Of a stretch of 64,000 bases of DNA, positions 1 to 12,759 are shown piece by piece (position 1 is the stretch's first letter; every line of letters begins with the position of its first letter). The notes under the pieces were generated by a model, which saw only the letters and a list, made by a program, of their open reading frames with translations, was not told where the DNA came from and searched no databases. Source of the stretch: Octopus vulgaris. Its lineage: Eukaryota. The translations under genes and the position numbers were made by a program. The stretch is from positions 18,662,001 to 18,726,000 of the forward strand of contig OX597829.1 in NCBI GenBank assembly GCA_951406725.2, in the 5' to 3' direction.

Positions 1-3
1 GTC

Positions 4-119
4 TGTAGAGGAAAAACTAGATTCTACCAAAATTTGTAGATGAGAAGCTAGATTCTACAAAAGTTTGTAGAAGAAAAATTTGATTCTATCAAGTGTGTAG
101 ATTCTACAGAAAAAACCCC
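4..119. repeat. Degenerate ~31-bp tandem repeat (tgtaga...gattcta...)
   Basis: Three to four diverged units, each containing the self-complementary pair TGTAGA/TCTAC; probably the end of a repeat that runs off the window. Confidence 0.6.
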
Positions 120-1005
120 AGTTATTTTAGAAGAGGTAAGGAACTTGAGCATTATATCAACATATTCATAACTTCTGAATGCTTTGTTCAAATGACCTCA
201 GTGAGCAGATATCTAATGAAGCTCTTAGTGTGGTGAATAGGATGGGTGAAGTAAAAATTACCAGCCTTAAGACTTTCCATAAATGACCATCACTGAATAC
301 CATATCAGGACAATTACCCCTCCATAGGACAATTCCCCCCCGATGTCAACTACCCTCTAGGACAATTAACCCCATTGGTTAATTACCCACTCTCTAATAT
401 ATTAAGAAGTTTTAAATCATTATCTGTTGTCCTTGGGGAGGGGGGAAAATGTTCTATACTCCTGAATACAGCCTGGCATTCTCATGCTGTACATTGACTC
501 CTTTTCTGAAGATAAGAAATACTGTTTTTTCTTTGTTTGTTTGTTTGCTTGTTCTTTTTTTTTATCTTTGTGCTAAGCATAATTAACACATACTAGTTGT
601 TGGCAATGAAGCATTCTTGTATGGCTTTGGTATTGTTTTCCCTTGTTCCAATGCCTGTGAACATTACTTAGATATGAGACATTTTGGTGCCGCCAATTTG
701 GCGTTACTGGCTTATTCAACATTAGGTATTTTACTGTTTCTCATATTATCTCCCTCTCTCTCTCTGTTTATGGGAAAGATTTTTTTGTTAATTGTGTTCA
801 GTTGATAAATTACAATGTTCCTCTTTCCCTCTCTATCTTTCATCCTCTCTCTCCCTATTTATAGGTGAGCTTATTTCTCTTTACGAATCTGAGGAGAGGG
901 AAAATTTGTCAGTCATGTTCGATTAAAAGATTGTAATGTTTCTTCTCCTTTCCTTTTCTGCTTCTCTTTCTCTCTCCCTTCCTTCCTCTATCTTAGACAT
1001 CATTT

Positions 1006-1362
1006 ACTTGTTTCAGTCATTTGACTGTGGCCATGCTGGAGCACCGCCTTTAGTTGAGCAAATCGACCCCAGGACTTATTCTTTGTAAGCCTAGTACTTA
1101 TTCTAATGGTCTCTTTTGTCGAACCGCTAAGTTACGGGAACGTAAACACACCAGCATCGGTTGTCAAGCGATGTTGGGGGGACGAACACAGACACACACA
1201 TACATACATTATATACGACGGGCTTCTTTCAGTTTCCGTCTACCAAATCCATTCACAAGGCTTTGGTCGGCTCGAGGTTATCGTAGAAGACACTTGCCCA
1301 AGGTGTCATGCAGCAGGATTGAACCCGGAACCATGTGGTTCGTAAGCAAGCTACTCTTACGC
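1006..1362 (-). mobile_element. SINE family A (major tRNA-derived SINE) with 18-bp TSD
   Basis: Same sequence recurs more than 15 times in the window; tRNA-like head with B box GGTTCA(G/A)TCC, internal (TA)/(TG) microsatellite, GAGTAAAA-type tail; TSD ctatcttagacatcattt at 988-1005 and 1363-1380. Confidence 0.9.
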
Positions 1363-1860
1363 CTATCTTAGACATCATTTTATGAAAACTTGAAAATTAG
1401 ACATTAGTGTGTGGCAAAATCGACTTGGAATCCAACAGAGAAAAGAATATTGATTGTTAAAGACCAAAAAATTATCCAGATATTTTATTAGCAACCTCAG
1501 TTACAATCGAGTCAAAGTAGAGGAAATATTTCTTGAAAAAAAAAAAGTTTCTATCACTTGACTGTTTTGGACTCCCTTAATTTCAATAGTAACAACTCTG
1601 CTGACCAATTTTTACTCCTATAGGTGATGCAACAGTACAAAATGGTGATGCAATACTTGTAATTATTTTTCGAAGAAGCTAAGGAGAAAATAACAAGAAA
1701 TTAGAAATTACTAATTTTTACCCCGGTTACTGATTTTGTTCCCCACCCCTACTATGTTAGAATGTAGCGTATATGAAGCCCAAATGCCTTTGGAAAAAAG
1801 AGCCATTTCTTCTGCTAATCGCCAAACAAATTAAAACCGCTTAGTTATTTCGCAATGATT

Positions 1861-2840
1861 CGGTATTGGTATATGACTCAGTCACGAGTGCGTTTGACCG
1901 TTCACCTTTGTCGAACAGATGAAACACAATGTCAAACACTCACTCATGACGTCATAGACTTTTATCGAAATATTGGCGATCTTTCGTCTCTAGTAGACCT
2001 TTCCGTCAATTTCCGTAAAGTTTTTTTTTTTTTTTTACATATGGGCTTGCGGGAACTTTGGAAGTAATATACATACACCGAGTAAAAAATTTCAGTTATC
2101 TCTTTCTTTCACACACACTAACAGAAGCACTTCACTTACACAACATACAGTCTGTCTCCCACACCCCATCAAACACACACGCACATATATACATCAATGC
2201 TCCCCTGGACGGTAACTTCAAAAGAACTTCCCTCGTCATACAATCGCTTTCTCTTAGTCTCTTTCGCTCTCATTACTTCAAAAGTTCCCGCAAGCCCATA
2301 TGTAAAAAAAAAAAAATTTTTTTACGGAAATCGACGGAAAGGTCTACTAGAGACGAAATATTGCCGAAATATTGCCATTTATTTTATTTTTTTTTTGTTT
2401 GTTTGTTTCGGTAACACACAAATTATGAAGTTTCTCGATGAAAAGTTGTCATGACAATTTCTCCCTGTATACACAACACAGCTGACTTGAAAGCGGTTAC
2501 ACACGTAAAGAATCCCCTGTTTTATAAGACATACTCAAACGTTTTCTTAGATAAAATATTGTTTAAAAAAGACTAAGCGGAAGAATTTTAAATCAAAAGA
2601 AATTGCCTATATTATGATTATGGAAGGTAGAACAATGATAATTTAAAGATTCTTTGTATTTTTCTCTTTATAAATTGTACGTAAATATCGCGAATTTATT
2701 TACATACATCTTGGTAACTAGGGTAATATCCCATGATAGAGTAATTGTTGTTTACATCGAACACGTGTTCTTATAGTATACTTATCGGCATAATTATTTT
2801 ACTTGTCTCATATCATTCTAAAGATTTTTTCCATTATAGG
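1861..2840 (+). promoter_or_regulatory. Putative promoter and 5' non-coding exon of the + strand gene
   Basis: Locally CpG-richer unique DNA; TGACTCA 1874-1880, TGACGTCA 1947-1954, X-box-like GTTGTCATGACAAT 2445-2458 and GTAACTAGGGTAAT 2714-2727, forkhead TGTTTAC 2749-2755; strong donor GG|GTAAGT at 2840/2841. Confidence 0.55.
1975..2365. mobile_element. Merlin-like MITE
   Basis: ~94-bp TIRs (1975-2068 and 2272-2365) starting GGCGA/GGCAA, which fits the Merlin GGNRM terminus; 8-bp TSD GAAATATT at 1967-1974 and 2366-2373. Confidence 0.8.
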
Positions 2841-3752
2841 GTAAGTGGATAAAAATGATATAAAATGCTGTACGGTTTGTTTACCAAACACAGTATTTGT
2901 ATTTATATTTAATGTCTCTGTAACGTCAATATTCTTTAGACGTATTATTCTTGCTGGACAATATTAACACTGAAATGACAAAATCAATTTTGGTAAGGTA
3001 TGTATGTCACAAAACTGCATTGTATGTTACATTAGCTATATTAAGCAATTTATCAATAACCTCAGTCATATAAAAACGGAATAAATCCCTTTTTTATTCT
3101 GTTGTTTTTACCCCATACAAATTTTTACAAATGTAATTATAGCCATGGGTGCAGACTCGCAGTATAGTTAAGTGGTTCGCTTTACAACTACCTGGTTCTT
3201 GATTCGATTTCACTGCGTAGCACCTTGGGCAAGCGTCTTCTGTTATAGCCTCGGTGTTGATCAATATCTTTCGAGTAGAATTTTTGGTAGACGGCCTTTA
3301 CAAAGAACCGTTTGTCTCTCTCTTTCACACACACTGGAGGAATGATTAATAATAATGGCAGTACTGTGCTTACAAGTACAACTGTGGAATAATACTCTAT
3401 CAAAAAGGGAAGTAAATTTTCTCATTCTTTTAATCTAATAATTCCATATTGCGCACTGATGTATTTTGTATTAAAGCTTTTTTCTTTACAACACAAAGAA
3501 TATAAAGCAGTGTTGGATGCAGGGGTGTAGCCCGGGCAACATCCTTTCTAACCGAGCCGACTTGAAAAAAATCGGGACCACGGTTTTTCAGGCAACAGTC
3601 AGCTCTATGATAAAAAGTTTGCTTCCCAACCACATGGTTCTAAGTTCAATCCCACTGCATGGCACTTACATAAACTACAAAAAACAACTAAAAGACAGGA
3701 TAAGTTCACAATCAATGTCATTGTCAGGTGTGTCTGCATGCCTCTTTGTTTA

Positions 3753-3790
<38 letters not shown>

Positions 3791-4007
3791 AGGTTTAAAA
3801 GCCGCCCTATTGGGCGGCTTTTAAGGTAGCCCCTGTGGAGGGCTCTTCATTGGGCCTTAGGCCCAACAATGACACTTCATGCATTGAGTACACATTAAAT
3901 TTGAACAATATTTTTCAAGAAATGAACAATTTTCATCAAAACAATGATATAATTTGGAACTTATTGCAAAGCTGCATGATAAGCAACACCACCACCATTG
4001 CTACCAC

Positions 4008-4230
4008 ATCTATTTCCTTATTGCCCACAAGGGGTTAAACATAGAGGGGACAAACAAGGACAGACATAGGTATTAAGTCGATTACATTGACTCCAGTGCG
4101 TAACTGGTACTTAGTTTATTGACCCCGAAAGGATGAAAGGCAAAGTCGACCTCGGCAGAATTTGAACTCAGAACGTAACGGCAGACGAAATACCGCTAAG
4201 CATTTCGCCCGGTGTGCTAACGGTTCTGCC
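4008..4230 (-). mobile_element. SINE family B (tRNA-like head, Meta-domain-like centre)
   Basis: Reverse complement of the copies at 37697 and 47945; centre GCCTTTCATCCTTTCGGGGTCGATAAATTAAGTACCAG resembles the MetaSINE domain. Confidence 0.8.
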
Positions 4231-4657
4231 ATACAGATACCATTCAGCCTTTTTGTGATGGTAATGGAGTGATAGTAATAGTATGAACTGTAGTTGTGAT
4301 AGAGGTAGATGTGGCAGGGAGGGTGGTGGTGGAGGGGAAGTGGACAGTGGTGATGATGGAATCAAAAGTATTGATGGTGGTGACATCAGAAGTCTGAATG
4401 GTGTATGTATGGCAGATATGGTGGTGGTACTAAGAAAATGAATTCAGTGTTCAGTCCCTCTTTCTCTCACATACCCACTCTTTCTCTCTCTTATTACTCC
4501 CACTAATGCCATCAACACTACTACTTTTAATAAAACATCATCAACAGTAGAAGTGTCATTGAAATGTGAGAGAGGGAGGGCCAAACTGTGACACACTGAC
4601 ACACAGAAATTACTTTTCGCATTTATTATATTAGACGTTTGTGTATATCTATATATA

Positions 4658-7600
4658 TCATCATCATCGTTGTTTATCATCTGCTTTCCATGCTGGCATG
4701 GGTTGGACGATTTGACTGACGACTGGCGAACCAGATGGCTGCACCAGGCGCCAGTCTGATCAGGCAGAGTTTCTACAGCTGGATGCCCTTCCTAACCTCT
4801 CCAAGAGAGTAGTGGGCACTTTTCGTGCCACCGACACAAGGGCCAGTCAGGCAGTACTGGCAACGGCCACGCTCAAATGGTGTTTTTTACATGCCACCTG
4901 CACAAGAGCCAGTCTAGCGGCACTGGCAATGACTTTGTGTGAATGTTTTTTTCACGTGCCACTGACACAATTGCCAGTCAGCTGCTCTGGCAACAATCAT
5001 GCTCGGATGGTGCTCTTAGTGCTCCACTAGCACAGATGCCAGTCATCGAATTTGATTTCAATTTCATTTGGCCTCAACAGGTCTTCGCAAGCAGAGTTTA
5101 GTGTCCAATGAAGGAAAGGTACACATAAGTGGGCTGGTTACACCCCTGGCATTGGCCACGAGTTATGGTCTCACTTGGCTTCCTGGGTCTTATGCACAGC
5201 ATATTTCCAAAGGTCTCGGTCACTAGTCATTGCCTCAGTGAGGCCTTTTGTTCAAAGGTCGTGCTTCACCACCTCATTCCGGGTCTTCCTGGGTCTACCT
5301 CTTCCGCAGGTTCCCACAACTGCTAGGTTGTGGCACATTTTCACGCAGCTATCCTCATCCATTCTCGCTACATGACCATACCAGCGCAGTCGTCTCTCTT
5401 GCAAACCACATCTGATGCTTCTTAGGTCCAACTTTTCTCTCAAGGTACTTACACTCTGTTGAGTATGCACACTGACATTACACATCCATCGGAGCATACT
5501 GGCTTCATTCCTTGCCAGATTACGCATGTCCTCAGCAGTTACAGCCCCTGTTTCACTGACATGTAGCATGGCTGTTCGTACACATGTGTCATACAGTCTA
5601 CCTTTTACTCTGAGCGAGAGGCCCTTTGTCACCAGCAGAGGTAGGAGCTCTCTGAACTTTGCCCAGGCTATTCTTATTCTTGCAGCTACACTTTCAGCAC
5701 CCCCACTCCCGCTGCTGACCTGGTCACCTAGGTAACAGAAGCTATCAACTACTTCTAGTTTTTCTCCCTGGAATGTGGCAGAAGTTGTTCTCTGCACATT
5801 TTCAGTGTTTATTGCTCTTGAGCATCTGCCACATACAAAAACTATCTTCCCGGCTAGCCTTTCTTTGATATTTCTGCACCTCTTATGTGTCCATAGCTTA
5901 CACTGGGTACATCTTACAGAGTTTCTACCTACGCCTTTTCTACAAATTGAACAGGGCTATCTACCTGAAGGGATTTGTGGTTTGTCTGCCTTCCTACTTA
6001 TTAGGATTTGGTTTTAGCTAGATTGACTCTAAGGCCCTTCGATTCTAATCCTTGCTTTTACCCTTGAAACTTCTCTTCTAGTTCTGATAGTGACTCAGCA
6101 ATTAGAGCAAGGTCGTCAGCATAGAGGAGCTCCTAGGGGCATCCTGTCTTGAATTCCTCCGTTATTGCCTGGAGGACTATGATAAATAGGAGGAGGCTGG
6201 GGACTGATCCTTAGTGGACCCCTACCTCTACTCGGAATTCTTCCCTGTACTTGTTGCCAACACTCACCTTACTGACAGTGTCCCTGTACAGGGCTTGCAC
6301 AGCTCTCACTAACCATTCATCTATCCCTAGTTTCCTCATTGACCACCAGATAAGGGATCGGGGAAGCCTGTCAATGGCTTTCTCCAGGTACAGAGGTTTA
6401 TCTTTGGCTGGGTATTTCTCCTGCAGCTGTCTTATCAGAAATATAGCATCAGTGGTGCTTTTCCCTGGCACGAACCCAAACTGCATCTCATCTAAACTGA
6501 CTCTCTCCCTAATTAGTTGGGCTATGACCCTCTCTGTGACCTTCATTACCTGATCCAACAACTTGATACCTCTATAATTATCTGTATCTAAATTGTCACC
6601 TTTACCTTTATAGCAGTTGACTATTATGCTGTTACACCAGTCATTGGGTATGACTCCTTCATGTATCACCTGGTTAACTATACAGGTGACTAGGCTGTAG
6701 CCAACACTGCCAGATATTTTGAGCCTCTCTGCAGTGATTCCTGATGAGCCAGGGGCTTTCCCTGTCATCATACTCTTAATTGCCTTAACTACTAAGGAAC
6801 TCTCAATTCAGATAACTGGTCCCTCTGTTGGGTCGACATTTGGCAGACTCTCTTTCTCCCATTCATTTTCTTTATTGAGCAGCTTTTCATAGTGGCGTCT
6901 CCAAACCTCTCTCTTTGCAGCCTTATTTAGTGCAAGTGAATCATCATCCATGCAGACACATTTCTCTCCTACAACATCTCGATTCTCTCTCAAACACTGT
7001 CTTGCAACATGAAATACCTCAAGTCTTTGCTCCTCATGGCGCAGAACATTGGCAAATTTTTTCTTATCTGTTTCCCCTCTGGCTAAATAAACCTGTCTCC
7101 TAGCTTCCCTTCTGGCAATCTGATACAATTCCCTGCTACCACCATTCTTCCAGTCCTTCCAAGCCTGTTTCTTTTGTCTAATAGCCTTGTCAACAACATT
7201 GTTCCACCACAACGTTATTTTGGGTCAAGAGAGGACTTTGCACCATCCACAGATCTGGTCAGTGGCTGTCAGCAAGTTGTCCTGTTGAAGCCTCCAGTTG
7301 TCTTCCACATCGTTTGAAGCTATATCCCCTTCTGTTTCATCAAAGGCTTCAAGTAACATGTCTCTAAATCTCTGTCCATTTGCAGGATCTTTAAGCTTCC
7401 AGACCCTTCTCCCCCATGCTGGTCATTTTCTGGGCATCTATTTAGCCCTGATCCTGAAGTCGCTAAATACCAGTCTATATTGTGGGGTACACTCTTTGCC
7501 TGGGAAGGTTTTGGTATTTATAGGCAGCTATCTTTCCCTTTTTCTGGTGAGGATGTAGTTAATTTGGCTAGTGTGTCTGCCAGAACAGTAGGTGACTAGG

Positions 7601-8254
7601 TGACTGGCAGGTTTCCTGAAGTTAGTATTGCAAACCATAAGATCATTTGCATCACAGAAATCCAGCAGCCTGGTTCCCTTCTCATTGCAGGAACCAAAAC
7701 TGTAGACTCCATGTACGTGATTGAAGCACCCTGTATGTTGTCCAACATGTCCATTGAAGTCACCAGCCACAAAGAGATGGTCACTGTCATTTGTCAACAA
7801 GGGAGTCTGCGAGAGGGTATCATAAAGTTGGCCTTTCTGTCCATCAGGCTGAGGGGCATAGGCTGAGATAATGGTTGCTAATCCATGATGAAGCACTAAT
7901 CTAATCTTAAGTATTCTGTTGCATACTCTGACTACCTTGATTACCTTATCAACCCATTTCTCAGCAAGAAGTATACCCACGCCCCCGACCCTGTCATTGT
8001 TCTCTGTCCAGAAAATCTTGTACCTGTGTTCTTTACCTATGAGGAACTTAGTGGAACCTCCTCTTCACCTTACTTCTTGGAGGCAGCACAAATTTACATC
8101 TCCGTTCAAGCATCTCAACAATCTCACCAGACCTATCTTTCAATGTGCCAACCCTGAGGGTGTGGGAGGTGTGGGCCCGTGAGACCTTGGGATGGGGGAC
8201 AGCAGTGCCATGTACCTGAAAAGAAAGTTCACATTTGGCAGAATTCATAAACAA
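4658..8254 (-). mobile_element. Near-full-length, inactivated RTE-clade LINE (APE endonuclease + reverse transcriptase)
   Basis: Fragments in order: LRVGTL..., GVGILL...IISAYAPQ...VAGDFNGHVG (APE); YRGIKLL...QFGFVPGKSTTDAIF and LLYADDL (YADD at 6112-6123); FCYLG...RRLRWYGHVARM...RGRPRK. Frameshifts and stops; repetitive 3' UTR and (GAT)n tail. Confidence 0.95.
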
Positions 8255-8923
8255 CCAATAGACTTCAATTCAACCTGCATACATTACACTATCATATTTT
8301 TGCACTATATGATCACTACCTTACATAGGAGATAAACCCTAAGTTGGGGTGGGGATGGCGTAAAGCCTTTAGAAGTGTTAATGGGAGACAACCAAAGGAT
8401 GAACAAAGGATAGGAACTTCTGGTACCGGTGGAGGGGACGGGAGGGGGGGCGTACCTTGAACTAGCAAATTTAGACGAGAGCATCTTCTGGATATGTATT
8501 CTTTCCGCAGAGGTATTAAAAATCGAGTAGGGGGAATCTGAGTGCATGCGCTAGTTTATATAGGGTGGTGGTGGTGGTGGAGGAAGTCTCGGTGAAGCGA
8601 GTGGTAATCGGAAAAGAGAGAGAGAGAGGGGGTGCCAGAGTTAAGGTGGTCAGAACACGAGGGAGAAAAATATTCTTTTGGGATTTGGGTAGCATAATTT
8701 AATGAAACAGCAAATGTCGATTATAGTAAAATAGATTTGTATATCTCCATGTTTGTATTTATCTGTGTTTGTGTATACAGTAGTTGTTGTCTTGCTTCAA
8801 GTTAGCTGTAACTGAGCAGACTTCTGATTAAAAGCATTTGCAGTTGTGTTGCACAATATATTCTTCAATCAACCTCTTTACCTCCACTGCTGTGTCAAAA
8901 TATGTTCCAACTGACTTTTTTAA

Positions 8924-9153
8924 CCCTTTTGTTACTGTATTTATTTTGAGATGCTCTGTTTTTTTGGGTTTTTTTTCAATTACTTTAAATATAAGAAAGA
9001 ATTTAGTAAAATAACTTACTTATCATTCAGCTAGTGTTAGGAACATAAATTGTGACTAAGGTTTGGTGGAAGATTTTAATTCAAACGTTATGAAAACAAG
9101 ACATTTGTACTACAGAGCCAGAGCTGGTTTCAGCCGGGTTGGTAATGAAAAGG
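8924..9153. mobile_element. piggyBac-like MITE family P1
   Basis: TIR CCCTTTTGTTAC...GTAATGAAAAGG flanked by TTAA (8920-8923, 9154-9157); reverse-orientation homologue at 19932-20404. Confidence 0.8.
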
Positions 9154-9367
9154 TTAAATAAATAACTTTGAGCGAAGTATAGATATGTAAATGTTTACTC
9201 CATTCCTTAAAGAAAAGAAAAAAATCTCACATTTCAAGCCTAATTGACTTCTTTTGTTTTTAAGTCTATTACTTATTGACGCTTCAGCATTTTCTTTTCA
9301 GGTTGATCCCGGACAGAATGAAGGCTGTATAACTTTAGAGTATGCTAACTTCTACAGAGTAGCTATC

Positions 9368-9864
9368 ATGTCTCTTCATTCACCAGAATGTGGTGAATCT
9401 TCATCAAATGTACATTCTTCCGACCCTCTTTATTCTGATTCATTTGAGAGTCTGTCTTCAAGTAATGAAGAAAATGACAATATTAACAATGACAGTTTCA
9501 AGGAAAATCCCATCACAGATTCAAATAACTCTTCAAGCATCGGTGCAGATGGTATCACTGTTCATAGGTCTGCTTCAGTAACCACTGACAATTCTGATGT
9601 CTCTGACATCTCTTATTCAAACACCTTTGTTAGTTCTTCTGATGCAGATGAGACTGATCAAAACAACTTATGCAAATCTTCAGTTAATTCTTTGAATTCT
9701 AGCAGTGATGTAATCTATTCAGATACATTTGAAGCAAGCGGAACTAGCCTTGTACATACTGCAAATGATGGAACACTTACCAGTGAATCCCATGAAGAAT
9801 CTTTCTGCTATGAGTCTAGTAAGGAAGATTCTTATGATGGACTCCAAAAGGATTTATATTCCAG
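9368..9864 (+). CDS. First coding exon (exon 9302-9864) of an unidentified Ser/Asp/Glu-rich protein
   Basis: Acceptor ttttcttttcag|G at 9301/9302; ATG at 9368; 165 open codons of unique sequence (MSLHSPECGE...YSDSFES...YSDTFEA...DLYS); donor CAG|GTAAAG at 9864/9865, phase 2. Confidence 0.75.
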
Positions 9865-10329
9865 GTAAAGACAATTTCTTTTTTGTGTGTGTGTATGTGT
9901 GCTTTCATTTCCTAAAAGCTGAAAATCCACTCGAGTGGAATATGGTTTCTATGGCTAGATGCCTTTAACAAAATGTGCTGGGTACATTTTACATGCCACC
10001 AGCACAGGTGCATTAATACAGCACTGACACAGGTGCTTATTAAGTGGCACTGGCACCTAAATCAAATAATCGCTTTGTTGTTATGCTGCACTTCCATCAC
10101 CTAGGTTCTTTGAATGGCTTTTTACCTCTCATGTTTTTGTTCATACACTGTATATGCATCTAAAATACAATCAAGGGTCATTCTCACTCTTTTACTCTTT
10201 TACTTGTTTCAGTCATTTGACTGTGGCCATGCTGGAGCACTGCCTTTATACAAAGTCTTTAAAGTGCTCACAAGCCATTTATCTATTCCATGCTTCCTGA
10301 CGGCCACAATCGGTTGGTTTCCTTTTTAT

Positions 10330-10800
10330 TTGCCACAGACATGGACACCACTCATGGCAGCACTGGCATCGGCCATGTTTGGATGGTGCTTTTTACGTGC
10401 CTCTGGCATGGGTATTACAACTACAATTTCCATTTGATTTTTATTTTGATGTTGATGTACTTGACTCAGTAGGTCTCCTCAAGCACAGCAGGTCGCCCTA
10501 CAAACCAAGGTAAGCATAGCAGGCCATCCTGCGGGCTATGAACTCATTTCATTTGTCGGGTCTTCACAGTCACAGCACATCTCCAGAGGTCTCGGTTTTT
10601 CGTCATTGCCTCTGTGAGGCCCAACGTTCGAAGGTCATGCTTGACCACCTCATCCCATGTCTTCCTGGGTCTACCTCTACTCTGGATTTGGGAGTGTTTG
10701 GGAGTGGCACTTCTTCACACATCTCTCCTCATTCATCCATAGTACATGACTATGCCAACACAAACATCTCTCCTGCACGCCACATCTGATGCTTCTTATG
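10330..10800 (-). mobile_element. 5'-truncated RTE LINE 3' fragment
   Basis: Homologous to ~4900-5440 of the long RTE (end of ORF plus 3' UTR). Confidence 0.8.
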
Positions 10801-12069
10801 CTCCAACCTCTTCCCACAAACATTCTGCTTCATTTCTCTGATTTTTTATACCACTGTTACGTTGGTTTCTATTTTTTTATAGTTGACTGGCATTAGGAAG
10901 GACATGCCACAACAGACAATTGGTGTCTGGCCAGCTTCATGTTAAACTGTCCATTTTATGTTAGCATGGAAAACGGACTTTAAACGAGGATGATGATGGT
11001 GATTGACCTCTTGACTTGTTCACCTCTCCTCAACCATATTGTGTCCACCCCGACAGTGACCCCTTCATCGAATGCCCCACCACCAACCTTCCATCCTCTC
11101 AGAACGTCGGCCCTCAAGAATTTCTTCTCTGCATATACATTTCCTAAAGTTATCAGACTGTAGCAATTTATGCTTCAGTCTTGGAGGCCCTACAAAGACC
11201 TTGAGTAAAGCCTCTGCCACAGTACCAAGCTAATAAAAACAGGTCCTTAATATATGGTCCAAAGACTACACGTGGAATTAAATAGATAAATAGCATGCCC
11301 TTGCTAGGAATATCAGAGATTCTCGTAGTTGGAGTACCATTAATAGTAGATCTATTCCTTCAGAAAGCTTAAACATATGAAAAAGCGCAACATAGCTTCC
11401 AAGATTAGATAACTCAGTAGTAGATTTTAATAGTTTGTGGTAATTAATTCCCTTGATTTATTTATTTAATTTTCCAATCGCTTCATTTTATTAGAAATAT
11501 CTATAATAAAATGTCTAATATTGAAAAATCTCTGTTAGATTTAAAAATTTTTACATAAATAAAAAATGAAACGATAATTTAAAAAATGACGAGAACCAAA
11601 AAAAAAAAAATCACATCAAAGTTTCGGCTTCAAATTAGAAATAGGTTATCGTAACCTATTTATTTTCTAATTACAATTTAGAGTCTTAAAGTTTAAACCA
11701 TACAATACAGAATTAAATTCAATATCTCACTAAATAGAATTAAAATCCTTCTGGAATTTTCATTGCCTTTTTGATATTTAATGCTGTAATATGTATTAGT
11801 ATTTTAAGTTTCTTGTACATATCAGTAAAGAATTATTTAAATCAGTATAGCTGTCGTCTGCTAAAATATTTGGCAACTAGTTTCGTCCCCCAAATAGTAG
11901 ATAAATAGTAAAATATCATCACCAAGATAATCTTTTTTCGATACTTATTCTGTATATCATTATGAATTTATTATTTTCTTTTGAGAAATGTCTCTTCTTT
12001 TCATTTAAAATTCAAAGAGAACCTTAACAAAAACAAAAAAAAAAAATACTTGATATGTATATATGCATA

Positions 12070-12253
12070 TCTTTTATCGTGTCTCTGTTATTAGACTGTG
12101 GCCATGCTGGGGCAACAGTCAAATGAATCGACTCCAGTACTTTTTTAAGCCTGGTACTTATTCTATCAGTCTGTTTTGTAGAACTGCTAAGTTACAAGGG
12201 TCTTGTCAAGTGGTAGTAGGGGACAATCATAAATACGAAGGTACACACTCTTG

Positions 12254-12303
<50 letters not shown>

Positions 12304-12487
12304 ATATATATATACATACATACACGATGGGCTTAGTTTGGTTTCCATCTACAAAATCCACTCACAAGGTTTTGTCAGCCTAAGGCAATAGTAGAAGACA
12401 CTTGCCTAAGCTACCACACAGTGGGACTGAACATGGAACCATTTGGTTGAGAAGCAAGCATCTTAAAACACAGCCATACCTGTGGCT
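12070..12487 (-). mobile_element. SINE family A, diverged
   Basis: Recognisable head, (TA)n centre and tail of family A. Confidence 0.75.
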
Positions 12488-12611
12488 ATATGTATGTAGT
12501 AAAATCTATAAAAAGAGTACATTGAACTTATCATCATGAGGTTTGGGAAATTCAGTATTTTGGACAGAGTCCTTATTCAGGCAAAAAAACTGGAAGGAGA
12601 GAAATGAAGGG

Positions 12612-12647
<36 letters not shown>

Positions 12648-12759
12648 GAGAGCAGTTTTACTTTGTCTAAGTTAACAAAAAAAAAAAAAACTATTTGCAA
12701 CTTATCAAGACAATGTGAGCTTTATACATGAACAAGAATTGGTATCAAATTTTTAAATG

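Noticed and set aside
4-119. CRISPR-like array (also the RTE 3' UTR repeats at 4810-5030 and the 59163 repeats)
   Set aside because: Units are diverged tandem repeats without unique spacers; no cas genes
302-460. ggacaatt(a/c)ccc repeats with a partial inverse
   Set aside because: Probably a decayed MITE, but the termini and TSD are too degenerate to call
1054-1371. Recurring ORFs such as MSKSTPGLIL.../RRASFSFRLPNP...
   Set aside because: Translations of SINE A copies, not genes
3795-3824. Rho-independent terminator
   Set aside because: Shape fits, but the context is eukaryotic with no bacterial-type gene adjacent
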